NCBI GenBank assembly: GCA_039621445.1
Contig: CP154954.1
Location: 36,255,703 to 36,319,702 of the forward strand
Length of the DNA: 64,000 nucleotides
Source of the DNA: Euglena gracilis
Lineage: Eukaryota
Direction: 5' to 3'
The notes beneath the pieces are model-generated. The model searched no databases. It saw only the letters and a list, made by a program, of their open reading frames with translations, and was not told where the DNA came from. Position 1 is the stretch's first letter. Every line of letters starts with the position of its first letter. Shown one piece after another: positions 14,038-23,294 of this stretch. The position numbers and the translations under genes are program-made.

Positions 14038-15582
14038 ATGCAGAGCACAAGCCCCAACCCCAAATTTGATTATGACTTGTTGATGAGTTCATTGAGCAAT
14101 TGTGATGAAGATTGCGGGGATTGGAACGGTTTGAATGAAACAAGTTCCAATTCCCGACTCCCCAAGCAAGAAGAAGGCAATTTGACTCATTTGTCATTGT
14201 CAAAAGGCGAAACGCCTTCATTATTGCATGGGGGTAATGAACCCTCTTCATCATCATTGTCATTGATTGTGCGGGATGTAGGTGGCAAAATGCCTTCCTC
14301 CATCCCGATTCACCCATCATTGATGCGGCGAGGGGATGAACCCCTTGCACCCTCACACTTGGTTACTCATGTTACCCATGAACAAAGTGAGGGGTATTTG
14401 CCCTTTGCTCTGTTCACACCCAAACGATCCCCGGTGGAAGCACCGGTGGGCCTTCTGGAGTGCAACTCGGTGGAAACACCGTGTTTTTTCCAACCCCCCC
14501 CTCAATTACCACCTCCCACACCATTTCGCGCATTGCCGGGATTACCCGCGGAAGCGGCGGTTTTCCCTGCATTGCCATGGAACCCAGATATGCGTCTGGT
14601 GGTACCGGAAATCTCTGGTGCCGTTTCTATTGTGGAGGATTATGAGGAAGATTTGAGGGATAACCTCACCCCCGGTGATGTTTACCGAATTCTCGGTCAA
14701 CTCCCAGCGGATCACCCGCTTAGCAAGCAAATTTTGCATGTCCACCAATGCGTTGCGGAATGCGCAACCATGCTCAACAAAGTTTTGCAGTTCGATGAGG
14801 ACAATCAAAGGGTTGTCAACACCAAACTAGAATGTTGCTGGAATTATTTGCAGGAAATCGGCAAATATTGCCAACACAATTTTGAAAATGCGGGGAAAGA
14901 CCTTCAGCATTTTCGAGAAAGTGTTGACAGTATTTTGCGCATCCAACTTCCACAAAATTTCCAACAAATCAGCGAAATGCTGCATGAAGCGGAAACGCGG
15001 AATGATTCCAAGTTTCTGCATGTGCAGGATGGTATGAGCCATCTTTTTGCCCAATTGGAATCCTGTTCAACCATGTTACTGCAATTGCAGCAGCAGGTAC
15101 AAGCGCAAAATGCCACCCCCAAAATGCCGGAAATCGGTAACTTTGTCGCGGTTGAGCATTTTGCCGCACTTACCAGTTCTTTCCAAGAAGCCCAACAACG
15201 GATTTTGCATCTTGGCTCGGAAATCCAGCACTTGAAGCAATTTCAGGTGAAAGTGCAAGAAAATTTTGTTCCTCGTACGCAAATCCAGCTTTTGGAGGAA
15301 CGAATTTCACACTTGGAGCAAAAATCCTGCCATTGTGCCGCAAATCAGGATGGATTAACCACCTTGAACGCGAAAATCGCGGATTGCCCACAACGGTTGG
15401 ATTTTACGCAACAACAAATGCAAACGGACATTGGCGGTATTAATGCCACCGTTGTCGGTTTGCAGGAGCATGTTTCTGCACTTTCCAAGCGAATCCCCGA
15501 CATTAGTGGTATTCAAGCCGCTATTGGGGAATTACAAACCCGTTGCACATTGTTGTCCACCACAGTGACGGAAATCCGCTGA
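14038..15582 (+). CDS. ORF1a: Pro/Ser-rich N-terminus plus long predicted coiled-coil protein upstream of gag
   Basis: About 514 codons from ATG 14038, Q/E/L-rich heptad-like sequence. Ends at a TGA after which the same frame stays open. Confidence 0.7.
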   Translation: MQSTSPNPKFDYDLLMSSLSNCDEDCGDWNGLNETSSNSRLPKQEEGNLTHLSLSKGETPSLLHGGNEPSSSSLSLIVRDVGGKMPSSIPIHPSLMRRGDEPLAPSHLVTHVTHEQSEGYLPFALFTPKRSPVEAPVGLLECNSVETPCFFQPPPQLPPPTPFRALPGLPAEAAVFPALPWNPDMRLVVPEISGAVSIVEDYEEDLRDNLTPGDVYRILGQLPADHPLSKQILHVHQCVAECATMLNKVLQFDEDNQRVVNTKLECCWNYLQEIGKYCQHNFENAGKDLQHFRESVDSILRIQLPQNFQQISEMLHEAETRNDSKFLHVQDGMSHLFAQLESCSTMLLQLQQQVQAQNATPKMPEIGNFVAVEHFAALTSSFQEAQQRILHLGSEIQHLKQFQVKVQENFVPRTQIQLLEERISHLEQKSCHCAANQDGLTTLNAKIADCPQRLDFTQQQMQTDIGGINATVVGLQEHVSALSKRIPDISGIQAAIGELQTRCTLLSTTVTEIR

Positions 15583-16428
15583 CTACCCCCCATTTCGCGT
15601 GCTCGGATATCTGAGTCACCGGAATTTCGCTCATTTTATGACAAAGTGCTTGGTGACAACAAGGAAACCTTGCAAGCATTTTGTACAAGTTTGCTCCAAA
15701 TTAAGGAAATCGTGAATCGGAATGCCCGATCCATGCAAGATGAGGTTTCTCGGTTGGATGGACGAATTTCTGCGTTGTTGGAAAAGCCAACCGCGGAAAC
15801 TTCGCGCACCACCGTGGAAACCCCCACCAAGTCACTCCACCAATTGCAAACCGTCTCAAATGCGGTGAAAGCGCTTGCGGGTCAACTCCGGAATGTGGAG
15901 GAGTCCCAAGGAAATCTTGCCCAAGAATTACACTTGGTTTCTGAAAAGTTGCCACACTTGGAAGATTTTTCCCGTTACCGCAAACGCATTAGGCATTTGG
16001 AGAATGAGGTTGACCGTATTTGCGGCCAACTCCAGTTGGTGGAACATTTGGAAGAAACGGTGCATGACTTGTCCGCGAGTCTGGATAAAATGTCCCCTCC
16101 GATACCGGTTGTGCCACCACCTACCGCGGTAAGCGCTGCGGTTGGTATTCCAAATGTCCCGGAATCGCGTTCTCAAATTACCATTTCCGGAGTAGGAATC
16201 CCTACATCCACCGCGAATTTGGTACAACCACCAGCGAAAACGCGAATTGTACCACCTTTGCATTTGCCAACACCACAAACTCATTTTTCACAACACATTT
16301 CCGATGAGGAAAATGACCCCCCACTCGAAAATTCGAGTCTCCACCAAGAAATTCAACATTCCAACCTTGTACGAGGTATGAGCCAACACCCCACACCTGG
16401 TATTGGTCATGTGTCGCATTCGCGATGA
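15583..16428 (+). CDS. ORF1b: in-frame continuation of ORF1a (coiled coil, then Pro-rich linker)
   Basis: Same frame as ORF1a with no stop from 15583 to 16425. Overlaps the gag frame, which is open from 16382. Confidence 0.65.
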   Translation, partial: LPPISRARISESPEFRSFYDKVLGDNKETLQAFCTSLLQIKEIVNRNARSMQDEVSRLDGRISALLEKPTAETSRTTVETPTKSLHQLQTVSNAVKALAGQLRNVEESQGNLAQELHLVSEKLPHLEDFSRYRKRIRHLENEVDRICGQLQLVEHLEETVHDLSASLDKMSPPIPVVPPPTAVSAAVGIPNVPESRSQITISGVGIPTSTANLVQPPAKTRIVPPLHLPTPQTHFSQHISDEENDPPLENSSLHQEIQHSNLVRGMSQHPTPGIGHVSHSR

Positions 16429-18115
16429 TACCAATCACCAACGGGGTCTGGATTACCGAATTACCGATCGGGGTGCTCGGCGGGAAACCCGCCCCACCGG
16501 GAGAATTTCACCAAATTTTTCGCAATTCCCGCAGGAAAATCCTGCCAACCTTACACTTGGTGCGGGAAATCCTGCACGGGTTACACATGGAGCGGAAAAT
16601 CCGCGAAACGCGTTTGGTGTTAAGAATTACCCTGACCCAAACCCCTGGAATACCACCGAGGGTCAGCGGGTTACTCAGAGAGACTTCAAGGGCACCATCG
16701 CAATCGCGAACAAGGTGAAGCCCCAATGGGACGGGGATCCAACCACATGGAGACAATTTTTTCGGGACTGGGAGTACTATTGGGCACTAAAGGGACCCAC
16801 CCAAGACCCGAATCCCGAGGTAGTCAAGATGGAATTCATCGATTGCCTACCGAGGGAGGAGCGAGAACGCGCACGCAATTTGGTGATACGTAATGGCGTA
16901 TCATTCGATGACCTGGTTGAGCAATACGCTTCAACCAATTCAAGTTTGGTCACCAGGATTACCCTGGAGAAGAAGTGGCGACAAAGCGCGCCATCGGATC
17001 GCAAATGGAAATCCATTGACCTTTGGTATGCCAAATGGTTAGCACTTGCTTCCGAAGTTGATGAACTTAGCGAGAAGCAAATGCGCGAACAATTCGATGC
17101 GGTTTTGTTGCATTTCACACCATCCCTCGTGAAGGATATCCATCGCGAGGAGTTGGCAGGGCATGAGACGACTCTTGCCCAACGTTGGAATTATGTGTCA
17201 AAGCAACTCAAGCTCACACAAGTTTTGGGACAAATACAGTCCGCTTTCCAAACGCATCCCACCGCGGGAATCCCTGCGGGTGCGGTTAATGCGTTGCAAA
17301 AATCACCCATGTCACCAAGATCACCCACTACGGGATCGAAAACGCGGAATCAGCGTTCTTCGGACCAGGGCACGGATAAACTGTGCTTTTTATGCAACAA
17401 ATCTGGTCACATGTCTCGGGAATGCCCGAATCCCGATGCGCGAAAGCGTATTGGAAGCCCAAGGGGCTCGACCTCCTCACGGGGATCGGGTTCCTCGGCG
17501 TTTTCACGTCAATCGGGAGTTTCACGGTCTTCGGAGAACCGCTTTAGCGGTAGTAGGCCCAAGTCACCATCGCGTGCTGGTCGGGAAACCCGTCCTTCTC
17601 GCGGTCGGTCACCTGGACCCCCTGCCCGAAAACGGGATTTCAATCGCGATTCTTCACGATCTCGTTCGCGAAGTGGATCATCCTCTTCACGCGAGTCAAC
17701 GGGGAAGTCCCGATACACCGGTCATGGTCGACGGGAAACCCGTTCACCACGACGGTTTGACGGTCGAACGGAATACCGTTCCCCCCGTTATGCGGAATCC
17801 CGCCACAAATCCCGTTGTTCACTTTGCGGTTCCAAAGATCACCACGCATCCAAATGTCCCAGATCTCGTTCCCCCCGGCCCGGCTACGGAAATCGCGGTA
17901 AGCGCCGCGATGACCGTGGTTACTCCTCCAACCGGCAAAAGGTCGGTTTCAAGATATCTTGTTTGGAGGAGGACACCCCGGCTTCGGGCAGGGAGGGGGA
18001 TGAGACCTCGGACGGGGAATTTAATGAGGCCCGAATGGCGGTGCGCTCATTAAACTCTATCTATTCCACCAAAAAGTCCGTTGCCGGCTATGCGGCCGGT
18101 TCGGACTTGGAGTAG
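16403..18115 (+). CDS. gag: Gag: capsid-like region, two CCHC zinc knuckles, Arg/Ser-rich region
   Basis: PQWDGDPTTWRQFF capsid-like motif; CFLCNKSGHMSREC (17384) and CSLCGSKDHHASKC (17816) fit C-x2-C-x4-H-x4-C. Confidence 0.88.
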   Translation: MVMCRIRDDTNHQRGLDYRITDRGARRETRPTGRISPNFSQFPQENPANLTLGAGNPARVTHGAENPRNAFGVKNYPDPNPWNTTEGQRVTQRDFKGTIAIANKVKPQWDGDPTTWRQFFRDWEYYWALKGPTQDPNPEVVKMEFIDCLPREERERARNLVIRNGVSFDDLVEQYASTNSSLVTRITLEKKWRQSAPSDRKWKSIDLWYAKWLALASEVDELSEKQMREQFDAVLLHFTPSLVKDIHREELAGHETTLAQRWNYVSKQLKLTQVLGQIQSAFQTHPTAGIPAGAVNALQKSPMSPRSPTTGSKTRNQRSSDQGTDKLCFLCNKSGHMSRECPNPDARKRIGSPRGSTSSRGSGSSAFSRQSGVSRSSENRFSGSRPKSPSRAGRETRPSRGRSPGPPARKRDFNRDSSRSRSRSGSSSSRESTGKSRYTGHGRRETRSPRRFDGRTEYRSPRYAESRHKSRCSLCGSKDHHASKCPRSRSPRPGYGNRGKRRDDRGYSSNRQKVGFKISCLEEDTPASGREGDETSDGEFNEARMAVRSLNSIYSTKKSVAGYAAGSDLE

Positions 18116-18151
18116 GGGAGCCCGAGGTCCGAGGGCACGGACCTCTGGGCT
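18113..18151 (+). promoter_or_regulatory. Putative stop-codon readthrough signal (UAG-G plus 13-bp hairpin)
   Basis: gag TAG is in frame with the protease ORF. AGCCCGAGGTCCG-AGGGCA-CGGACCTC(T)GGGCT at 18119-18151. Confidence 0.7.
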
Positions 18152-19198
18152 GATGAACAGATGGAGGTAAGACCTGATCAACCTTACCCCCCCTGCCCAT
18201 CCGCCTTCACGGTCAGTACCCGGAATTATTTCGGGTCCCCTACCCCCCACTCCACATTTCCGCTCGGAATGCTGAGCAAAGTAGGAAAGGGTTCATGGGA
18301 GAGCTGGCATGCAAACGTATTTCCGCCAGACCCTTCACTTTGCGTACCACCAATGGAATTACTCGTCCAAGCGGAAATCCGCATCCAAAATTTCTCCACT
18401 AAAGTTAAAATTCTCATTGACACTGGTTGTCGCATTGCACTGCTCTTTCGGTTGGGGTTGATACCGACCCCGCTCTTGGTAAGCGCCAAGAAACCGATCA
18501 AAATTACAACCGCGGATAACACCCCCATGTGTGGTGGTGATTTGGGATGTGTGCTCGAGATACTCTTGCCCATCATTCCGAAGCATCACTCACAACCCCC
18601 ACAATTACAACATTTCACCAATATTTGGGGTTACGAGTCCGGAATTCACGGGTCTGACGTAATTTTGGGATACCCATTTTTACGCCAGTACCGATTGGTT
18701 GTGGATTGCCACTCCCACGGTTTGCGCACAGCACCCACCACTTCATTGACACCCAAACCACCATCACCGTTGTCATCCACTATGATGACCACCGCTTTGC
18801 CCACACCGTTACCCACAATGGCAACACCGTTACCCACCACACCAACAACCGTTTTCCACACCCGGGGTACGGAGAAAGCCTCCCCCCTGCCCAATGACAC
18901 ACCAACATGCGTTCCACATGAGGCAGGGCAAGCGAGTAGCGGTACCCCCGCCGTTTCACTGGGTTACAAGACGAAAGCCCAAAGGCCTGAAGTAATTACG
19001 GTGTCGAGTAGTCGCCCAGCTACACCACCACTCCGTTTCCACCAGTTGTGCCGCATCCAGGCACAACTGCACAAGACGTCCCTGATAATGCCATCGACAC
19101 CCACTTTCACGCACACCCGTCACACCATCACACTTCCTTCCAATGTGTGCACTGCAGGAGAATTTCCACCCAATCGGATTTCGATTGTGGATGTTTAG
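18116..19198 (+). CDS. Retropepsin aspartic protease plus Thr/Pro-rich linker
   Basis: ILIDTGC catalytic motif and ILGYPFL C-terminal motif. The true frame probably shifts near 19040. Confidence 0.9.
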   Translation, partial: GSPRSEGTDLWADEQMEVRPDQPYPPCPSAFTVSTRNYFGSPTPHSTFPLGMLSKVGKGSWESWHANVFPPDPSLCVPPMELLVQAEIRIQNFSTKVKILIDTGCRIALLFRLGLIPTPLLVSAKKPIKITTADNTPMCGGDLGCVLEILLPIIPKHHSQPPQLQHFTNIWGYESGIHGSDVILGYPFLRQYRLVVDCHSHGLRTAPTTSLTPKPPSPLSSTMMTTALPTPLPTMATPLPTTPTTVFHTRGTEKASPLPNDTPTCVPHEAGQASSGTPAVSLGYKTKAQRPEVITVSSSRPATPPLRFHQLCRIQAQLHKTSLIMPSTPTFTHTRHTITLPSNVCTAGEFPPNRISIVDV

Positions 19199-20247
19199 TT
19201 CAAAATCCGACACTAATCGCAATTCCGAAAACGGAATCCACCCCCCATGATACACTTGGTTGTAGCCCGCAATGCGCGGAGATACACCGAGTACTCCAAC
19301 AACGCGGATTAGCCTCGTTGTTCGGAAACGCGAAAAGCGCGATTCCTAATTACAATCGCGATCACACTTGGTACGGATTTGATGCGGAATGGGGAAACCC
19401 CCAACCTGTCCAAACTCCCTTGGGATTAACCCTTGTGGTAGTGGAAGACAGCCCGCATGTTTGTGGATCCATTCATTGTGTTTCTACCCTTCAACCCGAA
19501 AATCGGGTGCATGAATACGCGAAACGCGTATGGAATGCTTTCAATTTTGGTCAATATCGCATTTTGGAACGATGGTTTTCCAAAAGGTCGACACTGGCTG
19601 ATTCTTTTGATTTGGCATTGGAAATCGATGCCTTCTCATCCAATGCACATGCCCGTTTGCCACGTCATTGTTCACAACACTCCAACGCATTTGATAAATT
19701 TTGGGGTGATACGGTGTTATGGATGCACCCCCCTTCAAAACTTATCGAATGTGTAGTTGAGAAAATTCTGCGGGATGAAGCCCGTGGAGTTATTCTCATA
19801 CCCATCATTCCGGAAGCGGAATGGTTCCACCAACTATCGTATGTCTGTTTTCATTGGTGGAGTTTACCCACTAATGTACCGATTTTTGAGGATTTTTGTG
19901 GTAAAATATTACCACCCTTGCAAGAAATCATTTTTCGCGTATGTTTCTTCGATGCATTCGGAATGTCCGAATTTGCGGTGCCGAGGAAGCTCGGTAGCCC
20001 CAGGGATACCCTGGCGGTTTCCGCGGTCATCGAGAGTGCAGGTCAGCATCCTAAATCAGCCGAATTCTGTTCGCGGATCACCCGCGAATTTCACGGTGTG
20101 CTGGAAAATCGGGTATATGTGTGCGACGTCGACCCCGCGATACGCGGTCCGTTCGGTGTTTGTAAGATCGAGCTGAAGGAAGGAGCCAAAGCAATGCACC
20201 GGAAAATTTTTTCGTTGTTCGGGAGAACGCGAACAAGCTCTCAATGA
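19048..20247 (+). CDS. Pol segment with Cys/His cluster, N6-adenine DNA methyltransferase-like (Dam/DIRS-MT type) domain at about 19550-19960, and pre-RT region
   Basis: LEIDAFSS..N.RLPR.CS...NAF...W....LWMHPPSKLI..VVEKI......VILIP.....WF matches the motif I to motif IV (xPPx) pattern of DIRS/phage Dam-like MTases. The following CKIELKEGAK is a typical pre-RT sequence. Confidence 0.75.
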   Translation: MPHPGTTAQDVPDNAIDTHFHAHPSHHHTSFQCVHCRRISTQSDFDCGCLVQNPTLIAIPKTESTPHDTLGCSPQCAEIHRVLQQRGLASLFGNAKSAIPNYNRDHTWYGFDAEWGNPQPVQTPLGLTLVVVEDSPHVCGSIHCVSTLQPENRVHEYAKRVWNAFNFGQYRILERWFSKRSTLADSFDLALEIDAFSSNAHARLPRHCSQHSNAFDKFWGDTVLWMHPPSKLIECVVEKILRDEARGVILIPIIPEAEWFHQLSYVCFHWWSLPTNVPIFEDFCGKILPPLQEIIFRVCFFDAFGMSEFAVPRKLGSPRDTLAVSAVIESAGQHPKSAEFCSRITREFHGVLENRVYVCDVDPAIRGPFGVCKIELKEGAKAMHRKIFSLFGRTRTSSQ

Positions 20248-20269
20248 AATGTTTGAGAAGCTTATTTAG

Positions 20270-23215
20270 CGCAAGTGGACTGTACCCTTGAAAAGCGAGT
20301 GGACGTCCCAGGCATTTGTTGTTCCTAAACCCCCAGACCCCTCAGGTCAGAAGAAATGGAGGCTGGTGCTGGATTACCGGTACCTGAACTCCCAAACAAG
20401 GGATGATCCCTTCCCGCTCCCCCTGATCGAGGATTTGATCACCAAACAATCGGAAAACCGGTTGTGGTCAATTTTCGATCTGGAGGACGGTTTTCACCAA
20501 ATGCACTTACACCCTGACTCCCAACCATACACGGCATTCGTGACATCCAAGGGTGTGTACCAATGGACGGTACTCCCCATGGGTGTTAAGAATGGCCCAG
20601 CCATGTTTCAGCGCATGATACAATGGGTTCTACGCGATTTACCGTTTGCCATTGTGTACATTGATGATGTGCTGCTGGGAACACCACCACCATCCGCAAA
20701 ATCGAGCGAGGATATCCTCGTCACACACTTCCACCATGTTTGCGCGGTATTAACCGCTTTTCAAAAACATGTGCTTTTCGCGAAAGGCGCGAAAATGCAT
20801 TTGTTTCGGATACTTATAAAATTTTGTGGTCACATCCTCAGCAATGGACAGCGGAAAGCCGCTCCGAGTAAACTCGAAGCCATTAAGAAATGGACCCCTG
20901 AGGTAATCAAAACGATTACTCACCTCAAAGGATTTTTGGGATTAGCCCAATACTACGCGATTTATATGAAGGACTTCGCGAAAATCGCGGTGCCCCTCAC
21001 CAAACAGCTCAAAAACCGGGCTGTTGACAACACCAAAGTCATTTGGGATGACCAAATGCGCGAGGCCCTTGAGAAAATCAAGGCTTTGCTTTTGGAGAAT
21101 GTTGTCCTCGAAATCGCGGACCCGTACAAATCATACGTGTTGGAAGTCGACAGCAGCGATTACGCTGTTGGCGGAGTTCTTAGCCAGCATAACGCGGCGA
21201 ATGAGCTCCGACCTGTGGCTTTCTTCAGCAGAAAGTTACAGGGCGACGATGGAAAAGGTCAAGTCAAATGGAGTATACGCGAGAAGGAAACCTACGCAAT
21301 CGTGCTTATACTCCAGAAATTCCGAAGCTGGGTAGCCAGCAGTCTCGTCCAGATCCTCGTCAAGACCGACCATGAGAGTCTCCAACACTGGTACACCGAG
21401 GATTTGAACAAGGCCATGTCATCGGTCGGAAGGCGATGCAGATGGCATGAGTTCTTGAGTCAATTCAACCTTGTGGTTATCTATACCCCTGGTCACACAC
21501 AAAAAGTAGCGGATCCGCTCAGTCGGGCCCCTTGGTATTACCCTGGGAACCCGGATGAGGGAGACGCGACTTTTCATGGAAGTCAGGAAGCTGACGACTA
21601 CGCACGTCGAAACGACGCTGCGGATAATCTTTTGGATTCTTTTCCCGTTTCACAACTATTCCTGGTCGCACCAGTGCGAGGAAGGCGCCGACGTGGAAGC
21701 ACGTCCGGGCCCCGGCGTATTACGCGCACGGAGTCCCCTTCCCCACTGTTCTTTCGCGAATGGGATTATAGTCGTGACCCGGTGTATGACACCATTGTCA
21801 CCAGACTTCGTAATGGCGAAGTGCTGGACAATTACACTCTTTCACCTTTACGGTTGGTTTTTCGCAATGAATCGGGTTACAAATATTGTATCCCCCAGGA
21901 CCTGGTTGATGATGTGATTTTGTGTTATCACAACCATGGTCACCCTGGGGCCCCCAAACTTCTTTCGTTGGTGGGCCGCAGGTATTGCACAACCCTGAGC
22001 GAGAAAGAGCTTTACTCACGCTGTTTGCGAATAGCGCAACGGTGTCAAATTTGTCAAGCGGTAAAACCCCGCAGAGGTACCCCCCCTGGTACGATGGACT
22101 TTTTCCCCGTACCCCCTGACATTTTTACATCCCTCTGCATGGATTTTCTGGAATTAGAACCGTGCAAAGGAACAGACGACAAAATTTACGATTACGTTTT
22201 TGTTGTCGTCTGCAGGCTGAGTGGGTACATTGTAGCCATTCCATGCCAGAAGTCAGGGTTGACTGCCCAAAGTTTGGCAGCTATATTTTTGGAGAAATGC
22301 ATTTGCTTGATGGGTTTACCGAATGAAATCGTGAGTGATCAAGACCATTTGATTTCTTCAAGGTTTTTCACCACTTTGTGCGGTTTACTCGGAATCGAGC
22401 AACATTTTTCCATTATATACCGACCCAAAGGCAATGGTAGAGCCGAGGCAGCCGTGAAATCCGTCGTGAATATGCTTCGCCTTTCACTGGCTGACTCGCG
22501 CAGCAACTGGATATCAGTTCTACCATGGTCTTTGTTTTATATCAATACCCTACCAGGGTTGGTTTTACCTCACTCCCCCTATAAATTAGTTTTCGGACGG
22601 GACCCTCCGGCCATAGGGGATGTCCCTTCGGAGAGACCCGCCCGAACGAGTGTCAGTTGCGAGACCTGGTTTGCGGAAGTAGAAAATCTACGTTCTGCAG
22701 TCCAGAAGCGCGTGACTGATATTCATGCAGCAAAACGGAAATCGTTTTTGCAGAATTTCAAGTCACCTGTTTACAATCCCGGTGACCGCGTGTGGGTACG
22801 GAATAGCCGTACTCGCATGCAGTCTTCCAAGCTGGACCCCCTCTGGCTCGGCCCCTGTGAAATCCTAGAAAGACTAGGTACCAGCGGGCGTTACAAGGTT
22901 GCATTACCGAATGGTGTTGAGGACGTTCATATGGACGACTTCAAACCATACCTGTCGCCACCGGATGGGAAACCCATCCCGTGTTTGCACTTCAAACCCC
23001 GTTCCAGATTACCTGAGACGGACGACTTTGTAGTCGATAAAATTATCGATCACAAAATCGACAAAGGTATGCACCTTTGGAAGGTCCGCTGGAAAGGGTA
23101 TGGGCCCGAGGAGGACACTTGGGAGCCAGCAACCAGTTTTGTTGGGTATGTCCAGCAAGATTGGAAGCTTTGGAACAAGAAGCATAACATTGATGTTTCC
23201 ATGACAAACTTTTGA
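20270..23215 (+). CDS. pol: Pol: reverse transcriptase, RNase H, integrase, chromodomain
   Basis: WRLVLDYRYLN, DLEDGFHQ, LPMGVKNGP, YIDD (RT); VDSSDYAVGGVL, REKE, TDHESL, ADPLSR (RNase H); HNHGHPG..CQIC, MDF, SDQD, GNGRAE (HHCC/DDE integrase); WLGP GPY/F-like motif. Confidence 0.97.
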   Translation, partial: RKWTVPLKSEWTSQAFVVPKPPDPSGQKKWRLVLDYRYLNSQTRDDPFPLPLIEDLITKQSENRLWSIFDLEDGFHQMHLHPDSQPYTAFVTSKGVYQWTVLPMGVKNGPAMFQRMIQWVLRDLPFAIVYIDDVLLGTPPPSAKSSEDILVTHFHHVCAVLTAFQKHVLFAKGAKMHLFRILIKFCGHILSNGQRKAAPSKLEAIKKWTPEVIKTITHLKGFLGLAQYYAIYMKDFAKIAVPLTKQLKNRAVDNTKVIWDDQMREALEKIKALLLENVVLEIADPYKSYVLEVDSSDYAVGGVLSQHNAANELRPVAFFSRKLQGDDGKGQVKWSIREKETYAIVLILQKFRSWVASSLVQILVKTDHESLQHWYTEDLNKAMSSVGRRCRWHEFLSQFNLVVIYTPGHTQKVADPLSRAPWYYPGNPDEGDATFHGSQEADDYARRNDAADNLLDSFPVSQLFLVAPVRGRRRRGSTSGPRRITRTESPSPLFFREWDYSRDPVYDTIVTRLRNGEVLDNYTLSPLRLVFRNESGYKYCIPQDLVDDVILCYHNHGHPGAPKLLSLVGRRYCTTLSEKELYSRCLRIAQRCQICQAVKPRRGTPPGTMDFFPVPPDIFTSLCMDFLELEPCKGTDDKIYDYVFVVVCRLSGYIVAIPCQKSGLTAQSLAAIFLEKCICLMGLPNEIVSDQDHLISSRFFTTLCGLLGIEQHFSIIYRPKGNGRAEAAVKSVVNMLRLSLADSRSNWISVLPWSLFYINTLPGLVLPHSPYKLVFGRDPPAIGDVPSERPARTSVSCETWFAEVENLRSAVQKRVTDIHAAKRKSFLQNFKSPVYNPGDRVWVRNSRTRMQSSKLDPLWLGPCEILERLGTSGRYKVALPNGVEDVHMDDFKPYLSPPDGKPIPCLHFKPRSRLPETDDFVVDKIIDHKIDKGMHLWKVRWKGYGPEEDTWEPATSFVGYVQQDWKLWNKKHNIDVSMTNF
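23021..23190 (+). other. Chromodomain at the integrase C-terminus
   Basis: FVVDKIIDHK...WKVRWKGYGPEEDTWEP, with aromatic cage residues F, W and Y present. Confidence 0.93.
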
Positions 23216-23294
23216 GGATACATGGGAAATCCATGTTGTTTTCGTTTGTTGTTTCTATCATTGATTCTTATCATTCTTTCTTTCCGCAGAAATT

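Noticed and set aside
19048-23215. DIRS element or nested DIRS insertion
   Set aside because: DDE integrase, protease, direct LTRs and a TSD are present, there is no tyrosine recombinase, and no internal boundaries flank the MT-like domain.
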